DNA from: Chthonomonadales bacterium
GTDB taxonomy: Bacteria; Armatimonadota; Chthonomonadetes; Chthonomonadales; CAJBBX01
Length of the DNA stretch: 64,000 nt
Direction: 5' to 3'
NCBI GenBank assembly: GCA_027459625.1
Contig: DAIDHP010000009.1
Coordinates: 14,510 to 78,509, forward strand
In this document: piece after piece, positions 1-10,128 of the stretch
Position numbering within the stretch: the stretch's first letter is position 1
Layout of the letters: each line of letters opens with the position of its first letter
Translations under genes and position numbers: made by a program
Notes under the pieces: generated by a model
What the model saw: only the letters and a program-made list of their open reading frames with translations
What the model was told of the DNA's origin: nothing
Databases searched by the model: none

Positions 1-247
1 ATGGACACCACAAACATAGCTATTGGCAAAATAATGAAGGATATTACAAAACCCATTTTAAGCTCCGGTGTTGATCTACCGATCAAGGCAATCGCAAATT
101 ACCATATATGAGGCGGACAACGCTTTTTCATGCTGCAACACTCCCCGAAACTCATATTTTACAATCGCCCATATCAACACCTATTATAACTTATATGTGG
201 CTATTTATCATAAAAGCCAAATACTTGCAGGCTATCGTTTTTAGGGA

Positions 248-805
248 TCAGTGGATGATGTAGAGATTCGGCATCTCCTTTTGCAATTGTGCGACTCCCT
301 TGTCCGTCACCTTTGTGCCTGCTACGTTCAATTCCTTCAATTTTTTCAAATACTTGAAATATACCAGACCTTTATCCGTCACACCTTTGCAAAAAGGTAT
401 CCCCAAACTCTCAAGATTGACCAATCCCTTTAAATCTTTCAGCCCTGCATCCGTAATGCGGGTCTCCGGAAGCGCCAGCTTCACTAAACTTTTCAGATTC
501 TCGAGATACACTAGCCCTGCATCGGAGGTGTCCGTAATATAACCCAGATAGATCGTTTTAATATGCTTCAGGTTGCGTAAAAGAGCCAAATCCGTATCTT
601 TGATCTCCTTGCCGGTTGAAGAGAATTGAAAATTCACCTCGATGATCGGATTGCCAGGCAGTTTTGCATCTCGTTTCACGTCGCCGCCGAGTTTCAAAAT
701 GGCATCCGCCACTTGTGAATCATCCGATTTTACAGTCTTGGCATTTACAGTGACTTGGCAAACATATATGAGACATATAGAGAGGATGGCGATTTTTGAT
801 ATCAT
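248..805 (-). CDS. Secreted leucine-rich-repeat (LRR) protein
   Basis: 185-aa ORF with signal peptide MISKIAILSICLIYVCQVTVNA. Repeated ~24-aa units of the type L..L..L.L....iTDaGL (TDAGLKDLKGLVNLESL, TDKGLVYFKYLKKLKEL, TDKGVAQLQKEMPNL), as in Planctomycete/Armatimonadete-type LRR proteins. Confidence 0.7.
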   Translation of the reverse strand: MISKIAILSICLIYVCQVTVNAKTVKSDDSQVADAILKLGGDVKRDAKLPGNPIIEVNFQFSSTGKEIKDTDLALLRNLKHIKTIYLGYITDTSDAGLVYLENLKSLVKLALPETRITDAGLKDLKGLVNLESLGIPFCKGVTDKGLVYFKYLKKLKELNVAGTKVTDKGVAQLQKEMPNLYIIH

Positions 806-941
806 CCCGATACCCTTTCGTATTTTTTCTTTTAGGTCATGCTATTGCAAAATTAAAAATGATGCGGACATCGTCTGTTTGACGCCAAGTGAAAACCTGA
901 AGCGCGATTAATCCAGTTACCCGCATATGTAGGATATCTGC

Positions 942-2963
942 TCAGCGGTATTGCGGTACGCTCCTTAGCAAGGATATCGGAGCGCGAAGCACATAAATTC
1001 CTCCGAACCAAAGATACCGTCGCCCAATGTAGAGATCATTCGGCATGAAGTAGCGATATCGCAAAGGCATGGCAAGATTCGATAGAGCGAAATTCGTGGG
1101 ATTCACAAACCAAAACGCAAACTCATCCTTTGAATTCACCAACAGCATCGCCAGAACGCCGTTGTCGCCAAACACTTTAAGCAGCCTACAGCCTTCAGGC
1201 AGCGAGATGGTTCGCCACTGATCCGTCTTAGGGCTCCATGCCATCAGGAGTCTTTGGTCAGCCAGGCTCGGGAAACCATGGTTGGTTAAAGAGAGCAATG
1301 CACCCCAAGATGTGGCGACCATATCTATTTTGTCGCTTTCGCCTGCGCTCAGGAACTTAGGCAATACGCCTGTATCATCGCGGTATAACTTATCTACTTT
1401 AGAATCGTACCTAAAGATAATCGTGTCCTTCGGCTGGGAGAAGTTCATAGATACCTTTTTTGTCAAAATCCACGCATCCCCATCCTCGTAGGGTATTACA
1501 CGATAAGCCCAGTAACCCCACAGTTCATGGAAAAATCGTGTTTTCCCCGTGGTGCGATCCACCCTCGCAGGAGCTTGGATATACGGATCGGGATATCCTG
1601 GTGACTTAGTGATCGTTCCCTCGCCAAAAATCAACCATCTATATCGCCGCTTCTCCGCCGCTATCATACCATACATCGCCTGTATGGGAGCGTTTGGCAG
1701 TGGGGAGGAGGGAAGATGAACCTTCAGCCATCTCGGTCGATTTACGAATTGACTCCTTTTCTCCTGAATCCATGCACCTTTTTTTCGATCATACCGGTAT
1801 TGGTACAGTCCATTCATGGGAACAAGCAACTCCCCATGCTGCTTTTGAAAATCGACCAAAACGTTTTGTCCAAGCGGAAGCTCATTCGACAAACGATGGC
1901 ATATCAGCCACCTTTTCGTTATCGTATCAAATCTCCTGGGATGAAAATTACCGATAAACCACAAATATCTTCCGTCCTTCGCCACTTGAGTAGCGTTTTT
2001 TGTTTCTCCAATATCCGCTTTTGAGCGTATACTGAGCTGCATCTCCGGAAGGAAGCGCTTCGCTTCCGTTTCATGAAGCTCGCGTGTACCCGCACGCAGG
2101 ATATTTAGGTTGTTAGGGTCCAAGAGATATCTTTGCAAATATCTGCGATAAGTGATTACACCTATCCCATATTGAGTGAGATGACTGTCTATTCGATCGA
2201 AATACAATCCCGCGCTCGTCGCTTGGAAATGAAAGGGAACGGAACTGTAATAATTACGCAAGTAGGATGGATACGCGTTAAAATGCAACCTGTCATCTTT
2301 TGAATCAAACATCGCTATGCCGTCCACACAAACGATATAATCCCAACGGCCTTTTGGGATCACGTTTTTAACCCCGTTGAGATTAGCGGCGGGATATCGC
2401 GCACTAATCGCAAATTGCTGTTTGAGAGTGAGATTCCTCTCCTTCCAGTGATGAAAGGAGGAGTCACACTCAATCCAACGAACACGCTTTGTCGGCAGCA
2501 ATACGATTAGCGATAACTTTCCATCACCACAAGCGAGTTTTATTCGGTTCATCCATTTGTATATCGATGCATATGGGATTGATGCAAATACGACCTTGTG
2601 CGTAATGAAGGACATTTCGCCTATCCAAACGTTCTTACTTTGGGGGGCGAATGGATTGAAAGCGATAAAAAATGTCTCGGATTGGTTTCGTATCGGAACA
2701 GCGACCGCCAAGATATTGAGTGCGGGCATGCCGTCATCAATCGTGAATCGACGCCAGGATTTGGTGGCTTTGGTAAACTTCAGCAAACCTCCGTCGGTTG
2801 CGAACCAAACGGTACCCTTCCCCACCGCAATGTCGTTGACGACATTGACGCCCGTGTAGGAACGCCAAAGAAGCGAATTGTCGCTCTTCGCCATTGCGAT
2901 TGTACAGAGGAGGAAAAAAATGAACATAAATGGAAGAATTCCTCTTTGCATCTTCATCCTCAT
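942..2963 (-). CDS. Secreted hypothetical protein, paralogue B (Reg_prop-like N-terminal repeats, probable beta-propeller)
   Basis: 673-aa ORF with hydrophobic signal sequence (ILPFMFIFFLLCTIAMA). The segment VNDIAVGKGTVWFATDGGLLKFTKATKSWRRFTIDDGMPALNILAVAV resembles two-component-regulator propeller repeats. Aromatic-rich throughout. 4-nt overlap (2960-2963) with the upstream paralogue. No catalytic motif recognised. Confidence 0.6.
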   Translation of the reverse strand: MRMKMQRGILPFMFIFFLLCTIAMAKSDNSLLWRSYTGVNVVNDIAVGKGTVWFATDGGLLKFTKATKSWRRFTIDDGMPALNILAVAVPIRNQSETFFIAFNPFAPQSKNVWIGEMSFITHKVVFASIPYASIYKWMNRIKLACGDGKLSLIVLLPTKRVRWIECDSSFHHWKERNLTLKQQFAISARYPAANLNGVKNVIPKGRWDYIVCVDGIAMFDSKDDRLHFNAYPSYLRNYYSSVPFHFQATSAGLYFDRIDSHLTQYGIGVITYRRYLQRYLLDPNNLNILRAGTRELHETEAKRFLPEMQLSIRSKADIGETKNATQVAKDGRYLWFIGNFHPRRFDTITKRWLICHRLSNELPLGQNVLVDFQKQHGELLVPMNGLYQYRYDRKKGAWIQEKRSQFVNRPRWLKVHLPSSPLPNAPIQAMYGMIAAEKRRYRWLIFGEGTITKSPGYPDPYIQAPARVDRTTGKTRFFHELWGYWAYRVIPYEDGDAWILTKKVSMNFSQPKDTIIFRYDSKVDKLYRDDTGVLPKFLSAGESDKIDMVATSWGALLSLTNHGFPSLADQRLLMAWSPKTDQWRTISLPEGCRLLKVFGDNGVLAMLLVNSKDEFAFWFVNPTNFALSNLAMPLRYRYFMPNDLYIGRRYLWFGGIYVLRAPISLLRSVPQYR

Positions 2964-4978
2964 GGAGTTCCGGGTTCAAAATGTATCAGATTTCTGTTGA
3001 TCCTAAGCAGACCTATTCGGCCAAGCCATAAATAATAATTCCCCTCAAGGATGGAACCGCCCAAGTAAGGCTTGTAATCATTCTCATTGGGAAGAATCAA
3101 TTTCCGCCAATTGTTTTGATCATCCCATCGAAAGAGTGATCCCGATGATGTGCGAACCCAAAGGGAGTTCGTGGACTGAAAGCGATATATTTTTCTCGCA
3201 TCCGCGGATACTAGTCTCCACTCATCCGATTTGGCGATATAGTGCAAGAGTTTGTATTGGAATGGAACCCATATCCAGATATTCCTTGCCACCATGAAGA
3301 AAAAAGGACGGGGGATTGGGTCCGTCTGCGCAATGGAGGATACCATATCAAACGGTTTTCCCGTATAGAGGTGGAACTGATTGGTCTGCCGATTCCACTT
3401 CAAAACCGCAGGCTGCGTATAATCCCCTTTGTTCTTCCCGTCAGGCTTAACTCCACCCATAAACCAAGCTTCATTACCCTCCAAGAGCATGGATCCCACG
3501 GACATGGATTTCATATCTCCGATGGAATCGTAGGGCTGGATAGTGTGCGTGATGCGGTCGTAGCGCCCGACGGCCCATCTTGTCCTCTCACCCTTTGGAT
3601 GCCACCGCACCCAGTCATATAAATTCCCCTCATGCTCAAATATTTGAAGGTAGCCGGAGAACGTGTTATATGTGTCATATCCTTTTGGAGCCGAAACATA
3701 CCCGTAAGTTTGTCGAGTGTCCATTATATCCTGCCAATCCACGCTGTATTCAGACTCGCCGCTTTTTATATCGTTTACGCCTGGAATCACCCAGTGGTTA
3801 TTCACGCGATCGTAATTGGAAGCGCCGTTTGTGGTTATGGCGTAAATATCCCCTTTATACCGCGCAATCTGATAGACCATATTCGCCGCCAAACCATGGT
3901 CCGTAGGGGCGCAGCCCCACTTTTTTGTTTCCGTATCAAACCAAGTCACTCCGGAAGCGTGTATGCCGGGAAGATTGTACGTGGCGAACCAGATCGTTTT
4001 TCCATCCAATGCGATATCCATTGGCGTACCGCCGTGCAGGTAATCGCGATATGCGTCTCCCGCTTTCCCCGCTATCTCACGAATCTGTTGGTTGGAGAGC
4101 GGAACCGTGCGGATGGTTTTGCTTTTGCCGGTTTCCAAGTTCAGTTCGCACGTGGAAAGCTTACTGGAAGTGATAGGATAGTTCAATAAATTCCATTGCG
4201 TATTTTGCAATATCACGTGATATATGATGGATGTGGGTGAAACTATCAAGTTAAATGGATAGGATGACGCAAAAACCATCGGTGAATTATATCTCTCGCC
4301 TTGGAGGGGATAGAATTTGAATATGTTGTTTCGTTTGTCGCTCACTATAACACCGTTACGCCCTATCAGAAGAATCCATGTTTCAGTTTCCATTAATTTG
4401 AAAGGGCCGAAACCGTACATATATTGCATGTCCCACTGATTTACCGGCAAAGATGATTGCGTCGGCATCCATGTCTTCTTGGCGCGATCGTATGTTAGGT
4501 TGGAGCACCCAGTAATAGAGATATGAATTTGGTTTCGTCCCACTATGAAATCATTCGGTATGAAGTAAGGCAGGGGGTACATCTCGTTATATGCTGATAA
4601 ATCATGGCTGACATAGCTGACGGAGTTTGTTTTCAAATCAACGGAGGCAAGCGCAACCTGATGTTTGGCCGAGTTCCAACCCTCATACGCCCCTATTATT
4701 CCCAACATCCAAAGCGTATCAGGATGGTTCGGATCAAACGCCACGTTCTGCACGTCGTTCGTGGGAAGGCCGTCGTTGGTTGTTAGTGTTTTCCATCCCC
4801 CTGTTACGCGTGAATATATGCGAATTCCGCCTGACGTCGCGAACGCCACGAAGGTTTTACCCAAAGCGATATGGCGCACATTTTGAGTATTGGTGTAAAC
4901 CCGGATATTCTGATTCATTCTCGCACCGGAGAATGGGGCGATGAGTGCCATGACCGAGCACAATATCTGGATATTCAT
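2960..4978 (-). CDS. Secreted hypothetical protein, paralogue A (Reg_prop-like N-terminal repeats, probable beta-propeller)
   Basis: 672-aa ORF with N-terminal signal-like segment MNIQILCSVMALIAPFSGA. The segment VRHIALGKTFVAFATSGGIRIYSRVTGGWKTLTTNDGLPTNDVQNVAF parallels paralogue B. C-terminal YYLWLGRIGLLRINRNLI parallels RYLWFGGIYVLRAPISLL of B. Confidence 0.6.
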   Translation of the reverse strand: MNIQILCSVMALIAPFSGARMNQNIRVYTNTQNVRHIALGKTFVAFATSGGIRIYSRVTGGWKTLTTNDGLPTNDVQNVAFDPNHPDTLWMLGIIGAYEGWNSAKHQVALASVDLKTNSVSYVSHDLSAYNEMYPLPYFIPNDFIVGRNQIHISITGCSNLTYDRAKKTWMPTQSSLPVNQWDMQYMYGFGPFKLMETETWILLIGRNGVIVSDKRNNIFKFYPLQGERYNSPMVFASSYPFNLIVSPTSIIYHVILQNTQWNLLNYPITSSKLSTCELNLETGKSKTIRTVPLSNQQIREIAGKAGDAYRDYLHGGTPMDIALDGKTIWFATYNLPGIHASGVTWFDTETKKWGCAPTDHGLAANMVYQIARYKGDIYAITTNGASNYDRVNNHWVIPGVNDIKSGESEYSVDWQDIMDTRQTYGYVSAPKGYDTYNTFSGYLQIFEHEGNLYDWVRWHPKGERTRWAVGRYDRITHTIQPYDSIGDMKSMSVGSMLLEGNEAWFMGGVKPDGKNKGDYTQPAVLKWNRQTNQFHLYTGKPFDMVSSIAQTDPIPRPFFFMVARNIWIWVPFQYKLLHYIAKSDEWRLVSADARKIYRFQSTNSLWVRTSSGSLFRWDDQNNWRKLILPNENDYKPYLGGSILEGNYYLWLGRIGLLRINRNLIHFEPGTP

Positions 4979-4979
4979 A

Positions 4980-5008
4980 TTGTCCTCCGGATATTACAAT
5001 GCTACAAT
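4980..5008 (+). promoter_or_regulatory. Candidate sigma70-type promoter for the chemoreceptor gene
   Basis: TTGTCC (4980-4985), 17-nt spacer, TACAAT (5003-5008). It lies ~90 nt upstream of ATG 5102 and overlaps the divergent gene start at 4978. Confidence 0.35.
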
Positions 5009-5101
5009 CGGAATAATACCTGTATTTCCGCATTAAACCATCCGAAAATTTAACGGAATAGGCGGTTATAAAAAAACACAGTGGTGATTAAGGAGATAGG
5101 T

Positions 5102-6994
5102 ATGAAAGCCACCTCATTATCGGAATTTTATCGAATTGATGAAAAATCGTTGGATCGTAGGAAACAGTTCATCGGACTCGATAAAAATGTGATACGCACA
5201 CTCTCTTCTTCCGCGGCATGGGCGGACAAGGTGGCGGATAAGATAGCGCGTGATTTTTACGACTTTCAGTTCTCCTTCCCCCCTACTCGGATATTTTTTG
5301 AGAAACACGCCAAGGAGAAAGGCGTCACTCTGGAGGCCATGAGACAGGCGCTGGAAAGGACGCAGGCGGAATATTTCCGACAGATATTCAATGAGGCTCG
5401 CGGAGAGAACCCCTTCGGCATCACCTATTTTGAGAGGAGATTGAAAGTTGGTCAAATCCATAACCTCATTAACCTTCCTCCGAAATGGTATATCGGCAGT
5501 TACGCCTTATATGTCAAATTGGCGACCAAGTATTTACGCCGCCATTATTTCCTTACCCCATGGGTGGCGTGGCGGGTGGAAATGGCTCTGTCCACGATTA
5601 TAAACTATGACATACAAGCCATTTCGGATTCATTCACCTTGGATTTGATGGATTCCACGGGATTTGACTTGGAGAGGGTGGAGAGAATACCCGGAAGCGA
5701 TCTAACGGAGAGCATCGGCCAAATCAAAACCGCGTTCAGCGAGGAGCTAAAACAGGTGGCGGACGCTCTTCTCTCGGGGGATTTGACGATTGAGATCACC
5801 CCGCATGATTCCAAGGATAGCTTGCGAATCGCTCTAAAAGAGAGCATTGAACGATTGCGCAATGTCACAAAACGGCTCTCGGAGAGTGTTCTGGAGATGA
5901 ACTCCGCCTCCGAGGATATCTCCCGCTCCATATCGGAGGTGGCTTTGGCTTCCGAGCAATCCGCCACGACAAGCACGGAAATCGCAAACGGCAGCGAACA
6001 GCAGGCGCATTCCGCCACCAGCGCTGCGGAGTCGATGGACTCTTTGCATCGGTCGATTCAGCGCGTCAAGGAGGGTGCGGAGAAGCAAATGGATGCGGTA
6101 AGCCGTGTGCATGAAGGAGGATGCAAAGCCATGGAGGCGATGCGAGAATTCTTCGCCTCCAAAAAGAGCATGTCCGAAACCGTCCAAACCGCAGCGGAGA
6201 CAGCCCTGGCAGGAAAGACATCCGTAAGCAAGAATATCGAAAGCATGAACCGCATCAATCAGATCGTTCAATCCTCCTCTAAGATCATCTACGACCTAGG
6301 AGTGAAAGGCGGCGAGATTGGTACGATTGTGGAGACCATCCGTCAGATCGCCGAACAAACAAACCTCCTGGCGTTGAATGCAGCGATAGAGGCTGCGAGA
6401 GCGGGCGAAAACGGCAGGGGTTTCGCCGTGGTGGCGGATGAGGTGAGAAAACTTGCGGAACGCTCCACATCGGCGACCAAGGAAATTGAGAGCCTTATCA
6501 GCGCGGTGCGCTCGGGCGTTTCGGAGGCGGTGAGCGCGATGGAGAATAGCGGCAAGGAGGTGGCTCACGGTACGGACAAGAGCAGCGAGTTGGGGGAATC
6601 CTTGGAAAAAATACTGCAAACCGTTCAGGATGTGTCCGCAAACATGTCCCGCATGACGGAATCCGCCACTGTGATGTCCGTTGAGTTGGATGATGTGATT
6701 ACTTCAGTGGAGCTTGTGCAAAAAGTCGCGGAGGAGTATCATTCAATTATTGATGAGATGACCTCCAGCGCCGCTGTTGTTTCCGAATCAGTGACCGCCG
6801 TAGCGTCAGTAAGCGAGGAGACAGCCGCAGGCGCCCAGGAGATGAGCGCAAGCGCCCAGGAGGTATCGGCAAACGCACGCGAAGTGTCCCGTGCCGCGGA
6901 GAATCTAAAGAATCTTGCAGCCGGATTGACAGAGGTCGTGGAGGGTTTCAAAATGCGCGCTTGCGAAGAAAGAATATTTCGAAAAGCGGCGTAG
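5102..6994 (+). CDS. Soluble globin-coupled methyl-accepting chemotaxis protein (HemAT-like)
   Basis: Start moved from 5081 to ATG 5102 (AAGGAG upstream). The N-terminal ~170 aa fit the protoglobin/globin-coupled-sensor pattern, including [23 protein letters not shown] (proximal-His motif). The C-terminus carries the MCP signalling hairpin [36 protein letters not shown]. No TM segments. Confidence 0.85.
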   Translation: MKATSLSEFYRIDEKSLDRRKQFIGLDKNVIRTLSSSAAWADKVADKIARDFYDFQFSFPPTRIFFEKHAKEKGVTLEAMRQALERTQAEYFRQIFNEARGENPFGITYFERRLKVGQIHNLINLPPKWYIGSYALYVKLATKYLRRHYFLTPWVAWRVEMALSTIINYDIQAISDSFTLDLMDSTGFDLERVERIPGSDLTESIGQIKTAFSEELKQVADALLSGDLTIEITPHDSKDSLRIALKESIERLRNVTKRLSESVLEMNSASEDISRSISEVALASEQSATTSTEIANGSEQQAHSATSAAESMDSLHRSIQRVKEGAEKQMDAVSRVHEGGCKAMEAMREFFASKKSMSETVQTAAETALAGKTSVSKNIESMNRINQIVQSSSKIIYDLGVKGGEIGTIVETIRQIAEQTNLLALNAAIEAARAGENGRGFAVVADEVRKLAERSTSATKEIESLISAVRSGVSEAVSAMENSGKEVAHGTDKSSELGESLEKILQTVQDVSANMSRMTESATVMSVELDDVITSVELVQKVAEEYHSIIDEMTSSAAVVSESVTAVASVSEETAAGAQEMSASAQEVSANAREVSRAAENLKNLAAGLTEVVEGFKMRACEERIFRKAA

Positions 6995-7213
6995 ACCTGT
7001 ATAATCTTATAAGCGAGAGAGGTTGCAGGATAGCATGAATCCATGATGATAGACATGCATTGATGGCGTATTCATGGTGGGTGAACTATCCCACTCTTGA
7101 ATACGCTATATTCATCATTGACTTTTTCTCTTCGACACCTTATAATGCTTCCATATCTCTCATACCGCATCCGTTTATCTGGCTTTACTGACGTTTATAA
7201 GGGGCTATGGAAA

Positions 7214-8167
7214 ATGGAAAAAGAACATGCGGATATTTCACGCAGACGTTTCCTGCAAGACGCCACCGCAATGTCACTGGCGATACCGCTCATCATCCAA
7301 GGAAAGGATCTCACACTCGGCATGAATCAGGAATCTAATCCGACGCCCGACTCTCTCCCTCAAATCACAATCGCCGGGCGAACCATCCCTCGGATGGTGG
7401 TTGGGAGCAATCAGATCGGTGGATGGAGCCATAATGTTCGGGATCTCACCGATGCAATGACGGACTATTTCAACGCCGATCGAACCACTGCCTACCTTCG
7501 CCGATGCTGCCAATCCGAACTTGATGTTTGGCTCGGCTTCAATAGCGGAGTGGGGCGCACGGCTTTGCGGAATCTGCAAAAGGAGGGTGTTAAAATCCGT
7601 CTCTACTATCTCACCACATTGGATGAGAGCGGGAATATCCCGAAGGATGTGACGGAGTTCAACCCCATTTGGCTGGTACACCATGGCAACGTGACGGATG
7701 ATCTCTTCGCTCAGGGCAAACAGGAACGCGTTCACGACTTCGTGAAAAAGGTGCACGACACCTTGCGGATACCAGCGGGGGTTTCCTGCCATAATCCGGA
7801 CTGCATAAGTTATATGGAGGAGCATGGCTGGGAGAATGATTTTTACCAGCTCTGCACGTATTACCTGACACGTCCCAAGGATCAGATTCGCGCCAAACTG
7901 GGAGGCGCGCCATTGATGGAATCGTTTCTCGATACGGATCGGGATCACTCCCTGGCGATGGCGAGACAGGTGAAAAAGCCCCTGCTCCTGTTCAAGATCC
8001 TAGGTGCGGGATGGCTGTGCAATAGTGACGCATCCGTGGAGGAGGCGTTCAGAACAGCCTTAAGCGGAATCAAGAAGACGGACGGGATCATTGTGGGAAT
8101 GTGGCCCAAGTATCGAGACGAATTAAGCCAAAATATCGAATTCCTGAAAAAATACGGGCGGGTGTAA
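7214..8167 (+). CDS. Tat-signal hypothetical protein
   Basis: Start moved from 7097 to ATG 7214, giving MEKEHADISRRRFLQDATAMSLAIPLIIQG (twin-arginine signal pattern). No family recognised by eye. Confidence 0.55.
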   Translation: MEKEHADISRRRFLQDATAMSLAIPLIIQGKDLTLGMNQESNPTPDSLPQITIAGRTIPRMVVGSNQIGGWSHNVRDLTDAMTDYFNADRTTAYLRRCCQSELDVWLGFNSGVGRTALRNLQKEGVKIRLYYLTTLDESGNIPKDVTEFNPIWLVHHGNVTDDLFAQGKQERVHDFVKKVHDTLRIPAGVSCHNPDCISYMEEHGWENDFYQLCTYYLTRPKDQIRAKLGGAPLMESFLDTDRDHSLAMARQVKKPLLLFKILGAGWLCNSDASVEEAFRTALSGIKKTDGIIVGMWPKYRDELSQNIEFLKKYGRV

Positions 8168-8172
8168 ATTCG

Positions 8173-10128
8173 CTATCGTCTTGGAACCATGATGATAACC
8201 GGCTTTTCACGCGCCTCCAACGTCACTGCGCCGTCCTTCACAGGGATGGGAACCGCCAATCCGTCAATTTCGCCATCCTTGAAATCAACCCGAGTTGCGA
8301 CGGTTCCATCCACTCTGAATTTCACATTCCTGATTCTCAGATCTTCGCTCGTGTCACACCAGACCACATAGGCGTAACCGGATTTTCCGGCAAAGCGATA
8401 AATGCGAACATGATCTCTCCCGCTTGGGACAATGTTTGCGAAACGCATCCCCCTCAGACGGTTTTTAAGCGTGGCGATATAATAATAGGAGGGTTTCGGT
8501 TTCCATTGCCCCTTCTCCGTAACCATTCCGCATGTCTCGAAAACGCCGGTTCCGTCCGTCTTCACATCTCGAAACATGAACATCGCGGCTCGATCCACGC
8601 CAGCCGCGGCAAGTTCCAAGTAGCTTCTGACAAGCCATATCCCCTGCATCTCCTCACCGGTATAAGATCCTATGGCGGGGGCGTGGATCGGAGAGCGCGG
8701 GTTCGTGTCGTATCCGAATTCAGACACCCAAACCTGACATTTTGGGATGTTGGCGTGGCACCATTGCACGATTTTCGAAAACTTGGCGCGGATATGATCC
8801 TCCTCGGGACTGATCCCTTGAGTGCGGAACGGTTGCTCCGGCGTACCGTCGTTGGAATAATGATGCAGATTGATGACATCCGCAGGAAAATCCCCGTGTC
8901 GATGCACATCCGCCCAAAACTTCATGGCTTTCAAGTAATCCAGGTTTAGTCCGTCCGCCAAACCGCCCATTACCAAGCGAATCCGCGGATCCGCGTTTTT
9001 AACTCCGTATTCTTTTCCCATGCGCCCCTTATCGCCATCGTAATCCGCGCTGCACATCGCCGCAAGATCAAACGGGCTGAACCATCCATCCCTCCCATGC
9101 CAGGTTCCGTCCGGCTCGTTCCAATTCTCAATATAGCGCAGCACGCCCAGTCCGGAGAGACGGGGCTGCCCCGGTGCGAGAATGAGCTCGGAATCCGGAA
9201 CATGCGCTTCGCCGTACCGCGCTGCGTACTGATAAAGATGCTGCGCATGAATGGCGTATGACTCGGGATCTTCGGGATTCGCCCCCTTGGGGATCGGCTT
9301 GGAATCCAATGAGGCGCCGGGGAAATAAACCGGATCGGACTGTTGAATCGCCGGACAGACCGTCACCCCGGAACGCTTCAGTTGCCGATAGTAATCATCA
9401 AAAAACCAAGCGTCTCCCCCCGCCGCGCCGCTCGGCTGATAACGCGGCAGATGGTCGGCGCCTTCCGTGTCCCATGTCCAATCATGATACTCCCGCACAA
9501 ACCCCACCGCTGCGGAGAGCATTTTCACGGGGTCGTCGATAAACGCGTTGGTTCCTATGAACTGATCCATCGTTGGCTGGATATGCGGATTTTCCGGAAC
9601 GCGCAAAGGTTTGGATGGGGGTTTGGGGACCGTTTGTCCGTAAAGAGCGATCTCATATATGGATGTTGGCTGCAGAAGGGTTAACTGGATGTAACGGGTG
9701 GTCACATTCAGAGGAAACTCTTTCCATTGGCGATAACCATCCAATGTCCCCGTCTCCGTTTTCCAGGATAGGGGATCGCCTGTGGATATCCGAATAGGTG
9801 CGGAGCCGGTGTTGTTGTAAATGAAAAGTCGGGTCACCGAACATGGTGCGCCGAGGTCGATCACCACGCTAATAGGATACTCCCACGAAGTCCATCCCGG
9901 GAAGAATGGGCTTACAGGTGTCAGCCCCTTACCCGAAGCCGGGTCCCCGATGGAGGTCTGTTCATCCACCATTTTGGAGGCGTCGCCGATGGCGGATTCG
10001 TTGATAAGCATATCGGAACGCAGCGGGATGCGCACATCCGCCTTCGCCATTCCCAAAGTGCAAAACACCCATAACGCAACGGCGATCATCGCCATGTCTC
10101 TCATGTTCGCGGACATCCTCCATTCCAT
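8173..10128 (-). CDS. Secreted glycoside hydrolase (clan GH-A TIM barrel) with N-terminal F5/8 type C (discoidin/CBM32-like) domain
   Basis: 651-aa ORF with signal peptide (MAMIAVALWVFCTLGMAKA). Discoidin-like segment (YPISVVIDLGAPCSVTRLFIYNN...YIQLTLL). Clan-A signatures YIENWNEPD (acid/base Glu) and VWVSEFGYD (nucleophile Glu). Confidence 0.7.
   Translation of the reverse strand: MEWRMSANMRDMAMIAVALWVFCTLGMAKADVRIPLRSDMLINESAIGDASKMVDEQTSIGDPASGKGLTPVSPFFPGWTSWEYPISVVIDLGAPCSVTRLFIYNNTGSAPIRISTGDPLSWKTETGTLDGYRQWKEFPLNVTTRYIQLTLLQPTSIYEIALYGQTVPKPPSKPLRVPENPHIQPTMDQFIGTNAFIDDPVKMLSAAVGFVREYHDWTWDTEGADHLPRYQPSGAAGGDAWFFDDYYRQLKRSGVTVCPAIQQSDPVYFPGASLDSKPIPKGANPEDPESYAIHAQHLYQYAARYGEAHVPDSELILAPGQPRLSGLGVLRYIENWNEPDGTWHGRDGWFSPFDLAAMCSADYDGDKGRMGKEYGVKNADPRIRLVMGGLADGLNLDYLKAMKFWADVHRHGDFPADVINLHHYSNDGTPEQPFRTQGISPEEDHIRAKFSKIVQWCHANIPKCQVWVSEFGYDTNPRSPIHAPAIGSYTGEEMQGIWLVRSYLELAAAGVDRAAMFMFRDVKTDGTGVFETCGMVTEKGQWKPKPSYYYIATLKNRLRGMRFANIVPSGRDHVRIYRFAGKSGYAYVVWCDTSEDLRIRNVKFRVDGTVATRVDFKDGEIDGLAVPIPVKDGAVTLEAREKPVIIMVPRR

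Noticed and set aside
1-111. An open frame from position 1 (MDTTNIAIGKIMKDITKPILSSGVDLPIKAIANYHI, then stop) that could be the 3-prime end of a gene entering the window.
   Set aside because: It is too short, with no recognisable motif, and cannot be distinguished from chance.
8101-8949. 282-aa plus-strand ORF overlapping the discoidin-GH gene.
   Set aside because: It is antisense to a gene with clear GH motifs and has no recognisable domains. It is a typical shadow ORF. The same applies to 28852-29850 (332 aa) opposite the GH5-like gene and 30945-31607 opposite the deacetylase.
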